This document shows positions 52,719-62,256 of a stretch of DNA of 64,000 nt, in pieces. Numbering within the stretch: position 1 is the stretch's first letter; each line of letters opens with the position of its first letter. Source of the DNA: an uncultured bacterium (GTDB lineage: Bacteria > Verrucomicrobiota > Verrucomicrobiia > Limisphaerales > UBA8199); contig CAVVMW010000006.1 of the NCBI GenBank assembly GCA_963749495.1, positions 96,001 to 160,000 on the forward strand, written 5' to 3'. Position numbers and translations under genes: made by a program. The notes below the pieces were generated by a model that ran no database searches, was not told the origin of the DNA, and was given only the letters and a program-made list of their open reading frames with translations.

Positions 52719-53068
52719 TCACCTTGCCAGCCTGGCGCACACGCTCTCGATGATGGCCAGGGCCTCTTCGGCCTCGGCCTGGCGCAGGTTCAGCGGGGGC
52801 AGCAACCGGAGGACCTGCGGGCCGGCGGGGATGGTGAGCAGACCGGCCTGATCGAGGAGGTTGGCGAAGCGGACTGACTGCGTCCGGGCCGGGTCGCCGG
52901 GCAGGTTCGGAACGTTGGGGGCCAACTCGACACCGAGCATGAGGCCCAGCCCGCGGACGGCGCTGATGAGGGCCGGGAATTTTTCGGAGATCTGCTCCAG
53001 GCCGGACTTGAGGAATTGGCCGAGCTGGCGGGCGTTATCGGGGAGTTTGTCGCGATGGATGACTTCGT
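52719..53068 (-). pseudogene. argD: C-terminal fragment of a class III (acetylornithine-type) aminotransferase
   Basis: 'VRGLGLMLGVEL...AGPQVLRLLPPLNL'; the N-terminal part is absent, cut at an AAAGGGGTCA sequence. Confidence 0.75.
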
Positions 53069-53168
53069 TGAAAGGGGTCAGCCATAGTTTGGGTTGTTTT
53101 AAAAGGGGTCAAAACTATTGACACAAGGGCCGGCTACGACGGTGTTTTTGCCTCCTAAACTAAGACCC

Positions 53169-53595
53169 CTTCACGTGCGCCCGGCCCACCTGCCCCTCCA
53201 TCCGAAGCTCGATTTTACCGAGGTGGCATCAACTTCCACCGTGTCAAACAACAGACCTCACTAAATCGGCCGGTTTCCCTCTTGGAGAACACCAAAACCA
53301 ATTCCAACAACAATCGCAGGAGGTCTCCCCACTTTTGGGGAATCCCCCTTGAGTTGCAACGACTTACGCACTGGACACGGGAGATGCCTTGCGATTGTCC
53401 GGGGAAACCGGTTTGGGGTTCTCAGGACGGTAACGTGCCGGTTTTACTGAGGTCTGAACAAAAACCGTCCCCGCAAAAATCCCCCGATTTTACCGGCGCC
53501 GTAGCGCGTTGTTGCGGGTCGCGTTGCGGGTCCGGCCTCAAGAATCCCCCGGTTCGATGGGCCGTGTAGCACTGTAGCAGGTCCATACCCCCCGC
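53169..53595. repeat. Conserved non-coding element, copy 2 (interrupted by a MITE)
   Basis: Aligns with 7726-7945 on both sides of the insertion. Confidence 0.85.
53252..53456. mobile_element. 205-bp MITE with ~19-bp TIRs and 5-bp target duplication AACAA
   Basis: CAGACCTCACTAAATCGGC / GCCGGTTTTACTGAGGTCTG; empty site GTGTCA-AACAA-AAACCG at ~7800. Confidence 0.88.
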
Positions 53596-54049
53596 CCCCT
53601 AGACCAGCCGGTCCGAACATGCCGCCCGGAAAATTAGGCGCGCCCTGAAAGGGCGCCACAGGGCTCTGGCGCCCTTTCAGGGCGCGCGGCCCGGGTTTTT
53701 GGCGAAACCCCAGGGCATCGGCCTGACGGGCTCAGCCCTGGGCCAGATTCTGGCGGCCCGTTGGGCCGCGAGGCAGAGCAGGAAGGTGGCCGGAAAAGGG
53801 ATCAACCCATAGCGTGGTTCGGCAGCTCACTACTGAATTCTCGATGTCGGATGCTTCGTCCAGATCGGTCACGCTTTTTGACAGCGAAGGAGTCCGTCCC
53901 GGAATTCCGATTCTTGCTCACCGCAAAGAACGCAAAGAACGCAAAAGCCAAGGGAATCGAGGCGTTTCTTTGTGATCTTTGCTTTCTTTGCGGTTGATTT
54001 TGCCAACGGCTCTTGGACCATCCTTGGAATCTCATATCGCCGCCGCGGG

Positions 54050-54545
54050 TTATTGCTTGCGGATAGTCGCCCCCATGGCTTTTAAGGTCAGCGGCCGGTC
54101 GATCGTCAGCGCGGACGCGGCGAAGGTGTTGTCCGAGCCGGCCTTGAAGATGAGCGTCGCGCCATCCGGCGCATTGGCCAGGGCCTCCTCGATGCCAAGG
54201 TAAGGAGCGGCCGGGGAACCATGGCCCGAAACAGCCGCCCCGACGAACTTCACCACGTTCATGGGCGCCATCTGAATCGTCATGTCCTGGTTTTTCGGAA
54301 AAACCTGGTCCAGCGAGTACCAGGATGAATTGGTCGCACCCCAGCCCAGATTCATGAGAAACTGCGTGGGACTCGTGCCCTGATTGTAGCCATGGGCGAC
54401 CCACGAGTGGCCGCCGGCTTGGGGAGGGGGGCCGCCCCCACCGATCCGCACAACCCGAAGCCACTGCATTTCTTCCACCATCCGGGGCGGGTCGGCCGTT
54501 TGGCAGAACTGGGCGTCGGGGTCGTAACGGAAGTTTATTGAACCG
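54050..54545 (-). pseudogene. C-terminal remnant of a peptidase C10 (streptopain-like) protein
   Basis: 'FRYDPD', 'GGHSWVAHGY', 'MNLGWG'; catalytic Cys region missing. Confidence 0.6.
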
Positions 54546-54605
54546 CCAAGCCACAGGCTTCGGCAGCCCCTCGCCCCTCGTTCCTCACCACTCGCGAACC
54601 GCAGC

Positions 54606-56200
54606 TTATTGGTAGATGGGGTCTGTCGGCCGGGGTTTAGGCCCTGTGGCTGGCGGCAGGGCCAGCGCCCGCTTCAGCGGTCCCTTGATGGCCCCAACCA
54701 GGCTCCTTTTGAGGGACTGAGAGGGGACCGGTCGCCAGCGTGGGAATCGTATAGGTCTTGAGCGATGAATCGTAATAAGCCGGGTCACTTTGGGGCAGGA
54801 TGAAGGGCTTGCTGCAGTGACCGTCGGCGGATACGTGCGCCAGGAAAGGGCGATTGAACAGAGGGCTGACGCGTTTGCTGCTGAAAACCACCCAGCGGCT
54901 ATTCGAGGACCAACTCAGCCAGGACTCGCACTCGGGCGAATTGAGTTCGAGTTTGCGCCAGCCGAACTCCCCGTTGGTTTTGGAGGAGCCGAGATCGATG
55001 CCGTAGAGGTCGCTGCTCGGGTCGTAAGTGGGCCAGCAGCCGGACGCGGTGCCGCAAAAAAAGAGCCAGCGGCCATCCGGGCTGATGCGTGGCTGGGCAA
55101 TGCTCAGTCCCAGCCGGCGGCTGGAGAGCACGATCTCCGGCTCGCCCCAGCGGGCCCGGGCGGTGTCATACGCGATGCGCATGAGGTCGTAGCTCGTCCT
55201 GGCATAGGCCCCGGTCAGTCTGTTGGCGGGGTTGGTCAGAAGGTTGGGTGCGCTGCAATAGTATAGATAGGCGCCGTCGGGCGACCAGGTGGGAAAGGCC
55301 AGCAGGCGTGTCGGGTCACCCGCTGGGACCCGGGTGACCGATTCGGCTCCCAGCCGCCACGCCCCGAGCCAGCCCTCCAATTCGCCAATCTCGCGCATGT
55401 CCCCTCGCCGGGCGGTATGGAGCAGGAGCCGGGGTTGACTGAAGGCAGAGACCAGGATGGGGGCCGAGGGGTGCCAGGCAGTAAAGCCGGCCAGCCCCTG
55501 AATGGCTGTGGGCGCGCCGTTGCTGATCACCAGCACGCTGTGTTTGTACACGCTGCTCCGGATCAGGATCGTGCCGTACTTCGGGTCGTTGTTTCGCAGG
55601 GCATGGCAATGACAACACTCGTTGGCAAGACGCCGATTCTCGAGCAGCGGAGTTTCTGTGAAGCTCTGCAGATCCCGTTGGTAGAGTCCCATTGTGTGCC
55701 AGGAATTGTGGCTGGGGTGGATCTTCCGGTAAATCAGGACAGGGTCGATGGGCTCGGCCGCTATCCAGTTGGTAAAGGCCGGAAACCTGCGCCACGGCTT
55801 GTCCGCGCAGCGCACGCTCACCTCGATGCGCAACGGACTGTCCCGGTTGGCGTTGAGCAGGCGGCGCCAAGCCGTGGCCGAGGGCCGGATGATTGGACTG
55901 CTGGAGTAGCACCTCGAGGGGCGAGCCTGTCTTGCCGCGCAGGCTGACGTAGAACGATGAACCCGGCTCCTGAATGAGGAAGGTCAGCGGCGCGATGTTG
56001 GGCGGGATTGTGATGTCCGTGTAGTCCGGGTGGATATGGAGTGTTTGCCCCGGCGCGGGCCCCTCGGCGGCAAGGGGCGGGTTGGCCCGGAGCGATGGCA
56101 TTGTGCAAAGGAGCGCGGCCGCGACGACGAGGCCGAGCGTAGAGGCCCAACGGCGCGGTTCAGCGCTGCAGGAGGTAGTAGTAGCAATAACTTTCGCCAT
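54606..56200 (-). CDS. TolB-like/PD40 beta-propeller protein, frameshifts near 55900 and 54710
   Basis: 'PDYTDITIPPNIAPL', 'CCHCH', 'FPTWSPDG', 'PRISPDG', 'SWSSNSRWVVFSSKR', 'KPFILPQ.DP'. Confidence 0.75.
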
Positions 56201-58067
56201 AATCGTCCTGGAGCCGGGCGCGAGCGGCTGCTTCGTTGCCCCGGCACTCCTGAAAGACCCGGAGCAACTGGTCCACGCGCTGCTGCATCTCGGGGCCGGG
56301 CAGAGCGGCCTGGACGGCTGCATTCTGGCCCTGCCCCCGCCTCCACAGGGCCAGGGCCTCCTGCCACAACGGGGAGAACTCCAGCCCGTCGAAGTTCCGC
56401 CGGTACGGCAAGGCGCGGACAAAGCCATCCAGGTCCTTGGAGAGCAGATACCACGTCATCAAGTACTCGAACGCCATGCGGTTTCGGCCGTTGGCGGCCA
56501 GCAAGAGCCGCAATTGGGCCTCGACCCCGAGTTGGGCCGCGGTGTCTTGCAGGACCATCAGCCCTCTCAGGCGCATCACTTCCGCATCGGTGGCCAGGGA
56601 GGGGTCGGCCGCCAGACGCCCCAGATACGCACGCGCCCAGGAGCCATGAAAGGGGACGCGGGCGAGTGCCTCGAGGTAGATCCGCGCGGTGGGGATGTTC
56701 CCGATCGCCAGGTTCACAACCGCCAGCCGTTCCAGGAGCATAGGCCGCTCGCCCCAAAACTCGACCGCCTCGGCCAGATGGTGCAGGGCCTGGTTGACGA
56801 AGCCCAGGTCCAAGTAGAGCTGAACCTGTTTCCAGTGGCCCAGCTCTTTGCGGTCCAGCAGCAGCAAGTCGTTCGGGTTTCGCAGTCGAGGGAGCCGCTG
56901 GACCAGTTGGTGAGTGTGGCAGGCGGCCTGGGCAGCCGTAGCGGCCACGAACGGGTTGCGCAGACAGTCTGGGGCCACTGCGAGCGCCTGCGGCCACATC
57001 TGGTGGCAGGCAAAGTAATCGACCGCCAATACCGAGTGCAGTTGGCGGTCCTGTGCGGTGTAGAAGACGCCGGTCACGGCAATCGCTGTCCCGGCCGCTT
57101 GCGCCAGCGGCGATCTGCCCATTCGTGCGGTCCCGGACAACAAGGAACCGAGCAGGCGGTTGGATGAACTGGCCTGGCGCACAATGCGTGAAATGCATGG
57201 GACTGAGATCCGTCGGGCCAAGCCGGCCAGCCCCAGGCCGGGCAACAGCAGAAAAAGCAGATACAGAGGCGTCAATCCGGCCTCAAGCCCCGTGTGGTGC
57301 TCGGGCGCAATCGGCTGCAGCGATTGCCAGGACTCGCTGGAAGCCAGGCCGAACAACAGCCCGCCTTCGGCCCACGGCACCGCCGCGCCCGCCACCAGCA
57401 GCAGCAGAGGCCACCCCCGGCCGCCACGCCGCCACTCCAGCAAGGCGGCGGCGAGCGCGAAAACCGGCAGCGCGCCCGCAGCCACCGGGTACAGCAGGGC
57501 GCTCAAGACCAACACCACTCCAAGGCGCAACCAGGCCCTGGCGGCGCCGAGGCCAACAACAAGCCAAAGTGAAAGCGAGACCATTGCCAGACTGGTGACC
57601 GCCGGCGCGTAGTGGCAATAGCTGGCATAAAGCCAGAGCAAGAGCAGGGGCGCTGCGGAAGCTGCCAATCCCGGCCAGCCCAGGCCCACGGCGTGCGCGT
57701 AGGCTTTGGCTGCGCAGAAAAGCACCCAGGCCTGGCCGGTGAGGACCAGTGCTCCCAGCCAGGAGTGGTAAAGGGACTGCATCAGGAAGCTGGCGACATA
57801 CTCCCCACCGCCTCCGGGGTAGGGGAGCAACTCCCGCGCAAAATCCCATCCCCAATAAAAGACGGGAAAGTCGGGTATCTCACCTCCGACGTGGTAGATG
57901 AGTTTCACGTCCACGCCCCGCCACAGACAGACGTAGAACACAACGAAGAAGACCGTCACGGAAACGAGCCCGCTGAGACTGTGCGAGGACCACCGGCTGC
58001 GCGCGCCGGCTGCCGTGGTCTGGCGCCGCGCGCGGCCGCCACGCACGGGCTTTGGTCGCGCACACAT
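56160..58067 (-). CDS. DUF6057-like membrane protein
   Basis: N-terminal TM bundle with 'PGG..EY..SFL.Q'; C-terminal 'NRMAFEYLM..YLL.KDL' and 'YGESYCYYY'. Confidence 0.7.
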   Translation of the reverse strand: MCARPKPVRGGRARRQTTAAGARSRWSSHSLSGLVSVTVFFVVFYVCLWRGVDVKLIYHVGGEIPDFPVFYWGWDFARELLPYPGGGGEYVASFLMQSLYHSWLGALVLTGQAWVLFCAAKAYAHAVGLGWPGLAASAAPLLLLWLYASYCHYAPAVTSLAMVSLSLWLVVGLGAARAWLRLGVVLVLSALLYPVAAGALPVFALAAALLEWRRGGRGWPLLLLVAGAAVPWAEGGLLFGLASSESWQSLQPIAPEHHTGLEAGLTPLYLLFLLLPGLGLAGLARRISVPCISRIVRQASSSNRLLGSLLSGTARMGRSPLAQAAGTAIAVTGVFYTAQDRQLHSVLAVDYFACHQMWPQALAVAPDCLRNPFVAATAAQAACHTHQLVQRLPRLRNPNDLLLLDRKELGHWKQVQLYLDLGFVNQALHHLAEAVEFWGERPMLLERLAVVNLAIGNIPTARIYLEALARVPFHGSWARAYLGRLAADPSLATDAEVMRLRGLMVLQDTAAQLGVEAQLRLLLAANGRNRMAFEYLMTWYLLSKDLDGFVRALPYRRNFDGLEFSPLWQEALALWRRGQGQNAAVQAALPGPEMQQRVDQLLRVFQECRGNEAAARARLQDDYGESYCYYYLLQR

Positions 58068-58735
58068 CGGGCCTGGAGCTATTACGCCAATGATGGATAG
58101 TCCCTGCTTAAAGTCAAGATTAACCGCCTTGCGGGTGTAAGGCCGGGCGTATCTCGCGGGTACCACCACGCGAGAGAGGACCGCGGGACCCCGCTCAGTA
58201 GGCCGCCATTACCCGCGAATCAACCGGCCAAGATCACGCCAGGGCAATTCTCGGTCGTCCACCGTGATGACTGGCTCCTTTTTCTGGCAAAAGCACCGGT
58301 GACGATGGGGCAATCTGGCACATTTCCCCTGGGCGTTGATTGATTGCAGGGAGGGTGAAGGTCAATTTGGTGGGAGCCCAAGCGAACTTCAACGGTGACG
58401 TGTTCTTGCTGCCGAGCCAAATTCCTCTCCAATTGGTGAGGATTTTCCAGAAGAATCCCAAGTTTGAGCACTACCTGGCCCGAAATTCAGGAAGTCAAAC
58501 CCTCAGGAGCGCACCTCGGAAACGGATATGCATTAGCAAACATGAATAAATAATGCATTATGGACAGTATTACTGATGTCTCCATTTGATACTGCCATTT
58601 GATGCTACTCGCTCAAAAATGGGTCCGTTTCGGAGCAAAATGGGGTCGAACACGGACCAGTCGGAAGTGGAGATCAGGCCGGTCAGTATTGATGATTGCT
58701 CGTGTGTCCGGTTGAGTCCCAATTGCGTTTGTCAC

Positions 58736-58775
58736 ACCCGAAACAAGCGCGCTAGCCAGGCTACGCTACGCTCCG
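58736..58775 (-). pseudogene. 5' half of tRNA-Pro(CGG), ending at the anticodon loop
   Basis: CGGAGCG-TA-GCGT-AGCCTGGCTA-GCGC-G-CTTGT-TTCGGGT; the complementary ACAAG and a proper T-arm do not follow. Confidence 0.75.
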
Positions 58776-58793
58776 ACAACTGTCCGAATATTT

Positions 58794-59396
58794 TTGGAAC
58801 GGGTGTCCGAATTCATCGGAATGCGCACCTTGGAGTTGACCAGGGAAAACCACGCCAAATTCAATGCCCGTCACGGGGGCGATTTGGTGGTGTATCCCGA
58901 CGGCCTGACTTTGGCCGCAGCCGAGCAAAGGAGCCTGGAGGCGGCATGGCGGGGAGCCGACCCGGACACCGTCGCGCGCGTGATGCGGGAGCACGGCCTG
59001 CAGCATCCGCGCCCGCGCATGATCTTCCCTCCGGAGTTTCTGAACCATGACCAAGGCATCGCCGCGTTCTCCAATCCGGACGAGGGCCAGAAGTATTTGC
59101 CCCGCTTCAATCAAATGCTGTCCGGGTTGCGCAAGAAGAAGGGCGCCGGCTTGACCGACGAGGAGATGGACGCCCTGAGACACCTCATGACGGACGCGGC
59201 GATCAGCCCGGCGTTTGTGCGAGGGTTGACGAGCGAACACGGGGCCGAATCATTGGCGGAGGCCTTTCTGATACGGAACGCGCCGCCTGAATTGGCCCTT
59301 GAATTTCTTTTGCGCCGGCACAAAGGACAGTTCTATCGCAAGCGCTCTCCCACCCTTTCGCTGGCGCAGGGGACAGCAGAACCAGCCGAGCGCTAA
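58794..59396 (+). pseudogene. Probable 5'-truncated hypothetical gene
   Basis: Protein-like ORF beginning immediately beside the tRNA fragment, without an evident RBS. Confidence 0.45.
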
Positions 59397-59701
59397 GCCG
59401 TACCCAGTCGGAATAGGGCTCACGCAAAGCCGCAAAGGAAGGAGCCCAAACCGCCAGCCCCAGCCCTCTTCACAAGCTCGACGTGCCCAAGGAGCGCGGG
59501 GTGAACCATCCCCGCGCCCAGCGCGAGGGCGGGCGACAGCCCGGCGATTGCCTGGGCCGGCTGGGACCGCCTCCAGCAGGCCAAAGCCCTGGCCGAGTAT
59601 TACGTGGACGTCGGCTAAAACCGCGGCTGGCCTCCCGAACAGCTCCGCCCCCTCCTCACCGCCCTGCCGCGGGGGCTGCTGGCCGCGGCCTGCTTGCCGG
59701 G

Positions 59702-61906
59702 TCATGGCAGAAGCACACGGAAGAATTGGTGCGGGCCGGCGGGGGTGGTGGTCCACGGCGAAACCGCCGTGGTATTGGTGGACCACGGGCCGGTCAGGGC
59801 ACTGGCCTGGAGCAACAGCCCCAGGTTCCAGGTGATCACCACCTTGTCGCCGGCGGCCGCAATTGACAGCTTCGGCGATGTGGCTGCGCCGTAGTGTTGG
59901 GCAACCTGCCCGGGCGAGAGCGCGTACCCATAGACAGCCACTTCATCGAGGTCGCCGTAGAAGTACGTCCCTTCGCCGGTGGGGTCGAACGCCGTCGTCT
60001 TGCCGATGCCCTGGTCGCTGGTATTGCCTACGTTGACGGAGTTGTTGGGGGCGAAGGTGCCAATCGCTTCCATGGAGTTGGTTGCCAATTGGCCATTCAG
60101 GTACAGGTTCTTGCTGCCGGTGCTGGCGTCAAACGTGGCGATGATTTGGCACCAGGCCTGGGTGGTAGTGGCGCCGGCCGTCATCATCCTGACGCCAGAG
60201 GTCTTGTGGCCGGTGTCAAACTCCCACTGGTCGGAGGTATTGGCGGACAGGTAATAACCGTAGGCCCAGCCGCTGGAGGTGGTGCGAGAGGCGAAGAGCG
60301 CGCGTTCGCTCCCGGCGCCGTAGGGGTCCGGTCTGGCCCACAATTCCACGCTGAAGCCGGTGAACGGATTCAGATCGGCACTCCAGGGAACGAAGATGCC
60401 GCTGTGAGCCGGAAAGTTCATGCCGGCGCCATCCGGAAAGTTCACGGCCGTGTCCGGGTCGCCGAGGATGGCCCCGGCCACGCCCTGGTTGAGGCCCTGG
60501 TCGTAGGTGCCATCGTGGCCGCCGGCGAGGTCATAAGCGGTGGTATTGGTTTCGTCCAGGCGCCAATATGCCACCGGCATGTCACGCACAACGGTGGCGG
60601 CGTAGCTGCCAGACGCTGGCACCACCGTCAAGCTGGCGGCCGGACTGGTCGCCTTGCCCGCGGCATTGGTCACGGTCACGCTGTAGTTGCCGGCCGCGGA
60701 GGGTTGCAGGTCATTGAGCGTCAGGCTGGCATTCGTGGCGCCGACGATAGGCGTGGAGTTAAACTGCCACTGGTAGGACAGCGGCAGCGAGCCGCCCGCA
60801 TCGACAGTCAAGGTCGCGCTGGCGCCTTGCAACCGTGTCCCCGACACCGGCCCCTGGACAATGCTCGCTGGGGCGGTGACGATCTCGACGTAAGCGTCGC
60901 TGCTGGTGCTGGTGCCGCCACTGTTTTTCACCTGCAAAACATAATCGCCGGAGTCGCTGATGCGCGCAGGCGAGAGATTGAGGGTGGCGTTGGTTTGGCC
61001 AGAAACGGGCGTGCCATTCTCCAGCCACTGATAAGTGAAAGGTGGGGTGCCGACAACGAGGGCGCTCAAGGTGACCGTGCTGCCATCGAAGTTGGTGGCA
61101 CCCGCTGGCTCGGTTACAAATGTGGCGGCAATCGCGGGTGGATTCGTCCCCACGGCGGCGAGCCAGTGCGCCTGGATGCGGTCGGCCGGCAGGGCGTTGG
61201 TGTAAATGGCCGCCTCGCAGAGGCTGCCGAGCCAGGGATAGGAGGTGCTGCTAATGGTAGTCACTGCCCGCCGAACCGGCTTGACCTCCAACACGGCGGT
61301 GGTGCTGACGGCAATCAGGACGCCATCCAGGAAAATCTGTTTTTTCTTGCCGTCGAAGGTGCACACCAGGTGCTGCCATTCGCCTTGGGCAAACACAGTG
61401 TCCGAGCCCAGGCCGTTCCAGGTGGTGAAAACGTCGGAGGATTGGAAGACGTTCCCGCGGGCCCCGTTCCAGCTTGGATCCCAACCGTCCCACATATAAT
61501 GCACCCACCCACGTGTGTCGCCCAGCACAGGTTCATCGCGGAACCAGAGCGGGCAGCGAATGCCACTGGAGCCCGGATCTTCGTTATACCAAACCTCATA
61601 GGAGAAGGCGTTTGTGGTGGTCAACCAGGGGCTGTAGGGCAGAGCAATGAGTCCGCCACCATCGAAGTTCATCGACGAGCTGTTGCCACCGATGACTGGT
61701 GAATCACTGTTGAGAGCGAGAGTGCCAGTGTTAGTGCCGTCCCCCGCCGAGCCGATGAAGCCCAGGTTGGTAGTGATGTTGTTAGCCGGCAAGGCGCCCA
61801 AACGCCAGTAGCCGGCCGGATTGTCAGCCAGGACGGTGGCCGGGTAATCGGCCCAAGCAGGGGCCGCGGCCAATAGTCCGAGGAACAAAAGGAGGTTGAT
61901 TTTCAT
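59702..61906 (-). CDS. Secreted LamG-Ig-Ig-LamG protein with C-terminal 'FFRV' domain
   Basis: Signal peptide; 'P.(G/A)YWRL' x2; 'YQW..N..P..G.TNA(T/S)L.L' Ig repeats; 'GDLDEVAVY..AL'. Confidence 0.85.
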   Translation of the reverse strand: MKINLLLFLGLLAAAPAWADYPATVLADNPAGYWRLGALPANNITTNLGFIGSAGDGTNTGTLALNSDSPVIGGNSSSMNFDGGGLIALPYSPWLTTTNAFSYEVWYNEDPGSSGIRCPLWFRDEPVLGDTRGWVHYMWDGWDPSWNGARGNVFQSSDVFTTWNGLGSDTVFAQGEWQHLVCTFDGKKKQIFLDGVLIAVSTTAVLEVKPVRRAVTTISSTSYPWLGSLCEAAIYTNALPADRIQAHWLAAVGTNPPAIAATFVTEPAGATNFDGSTVTLSALVVGTPPFTYQWLENGTPVSGQTNATLNLSPARISDSGDYVLQVKNSGGTSTSSDAYVEIVTAPASIVQGPVSGTRLQGASATLTVDAGGSLPLSYQWQFNSTPIVGATNASLTLNDLQPSAAGNYSVTVTNAAGKATSPAASLTVVPASGSYAATVVRDMPVAYWRLDETNTTAYDLAGGHDGTYDQGLNQGVAGAILGDPDTAVNFPDGAGMNFPAHSGIFVPWSADLNPFTGFSVELWARPDPYGAGSERALFASRTTSSGWAYGYYLSANTSDQWEFDTGHKTSGVRMMTAGATTTQAWCQIIATFDASTGSKNLYLNGQLATNSMEAIGTFAPNNSVNVGNTSDQGIGKTTAFDPTGEGTYFYGDLDEVAVYGYALSPGQVAQHYGAATSPKLSIAAAGDKVVITWNLGLLLQASALTGPWSTNTTAVSPWTTTPAGPHQFFRVLLP

Positions 61907-62256
61907 GCGTTCTCTCGGTTTTCGATTTCGTGCTTGGTGTCGTTCAAACGGTCTGCCGCCAACGGGATGGCAGGTGGCGTACCGCGGGGATTCTACCACC
62001 ACCGCGCCGCCGCCCGCAATAACCTGATCGAAGTATTTTGGCCTCATCCGACAAGTTTGTGTTTTTGACGCAAGTTGTTGATTCCCAGGCAGCGGAATGG
62101 CGAGGCCCCACAATCTGGATCCTGCCTTCGACTGGCAGGGCCCGCATTGGTCGGTCTGAGTCCCGCCCGGTACGGCATTATCGGGCACAAATACGTGCGT
62201 AACAATGACTTGGGTGGCACACGGCGGCATGAGGCCGGCCACCATGAGATCCTGCC

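Noticed and set aside
58220..58549. Short ORFs in the low-GC gap
   Set aside because: Overlapping frames with no motif support
58625..58660. Possible 3' half of the tRNA-Pro (GTTCGA...TGCTCCGA on the minus strand)
   Set aside because: The acceptor strand could pair, but the T-stem does not and the anticodon 3' strand is absent; probably coincidence
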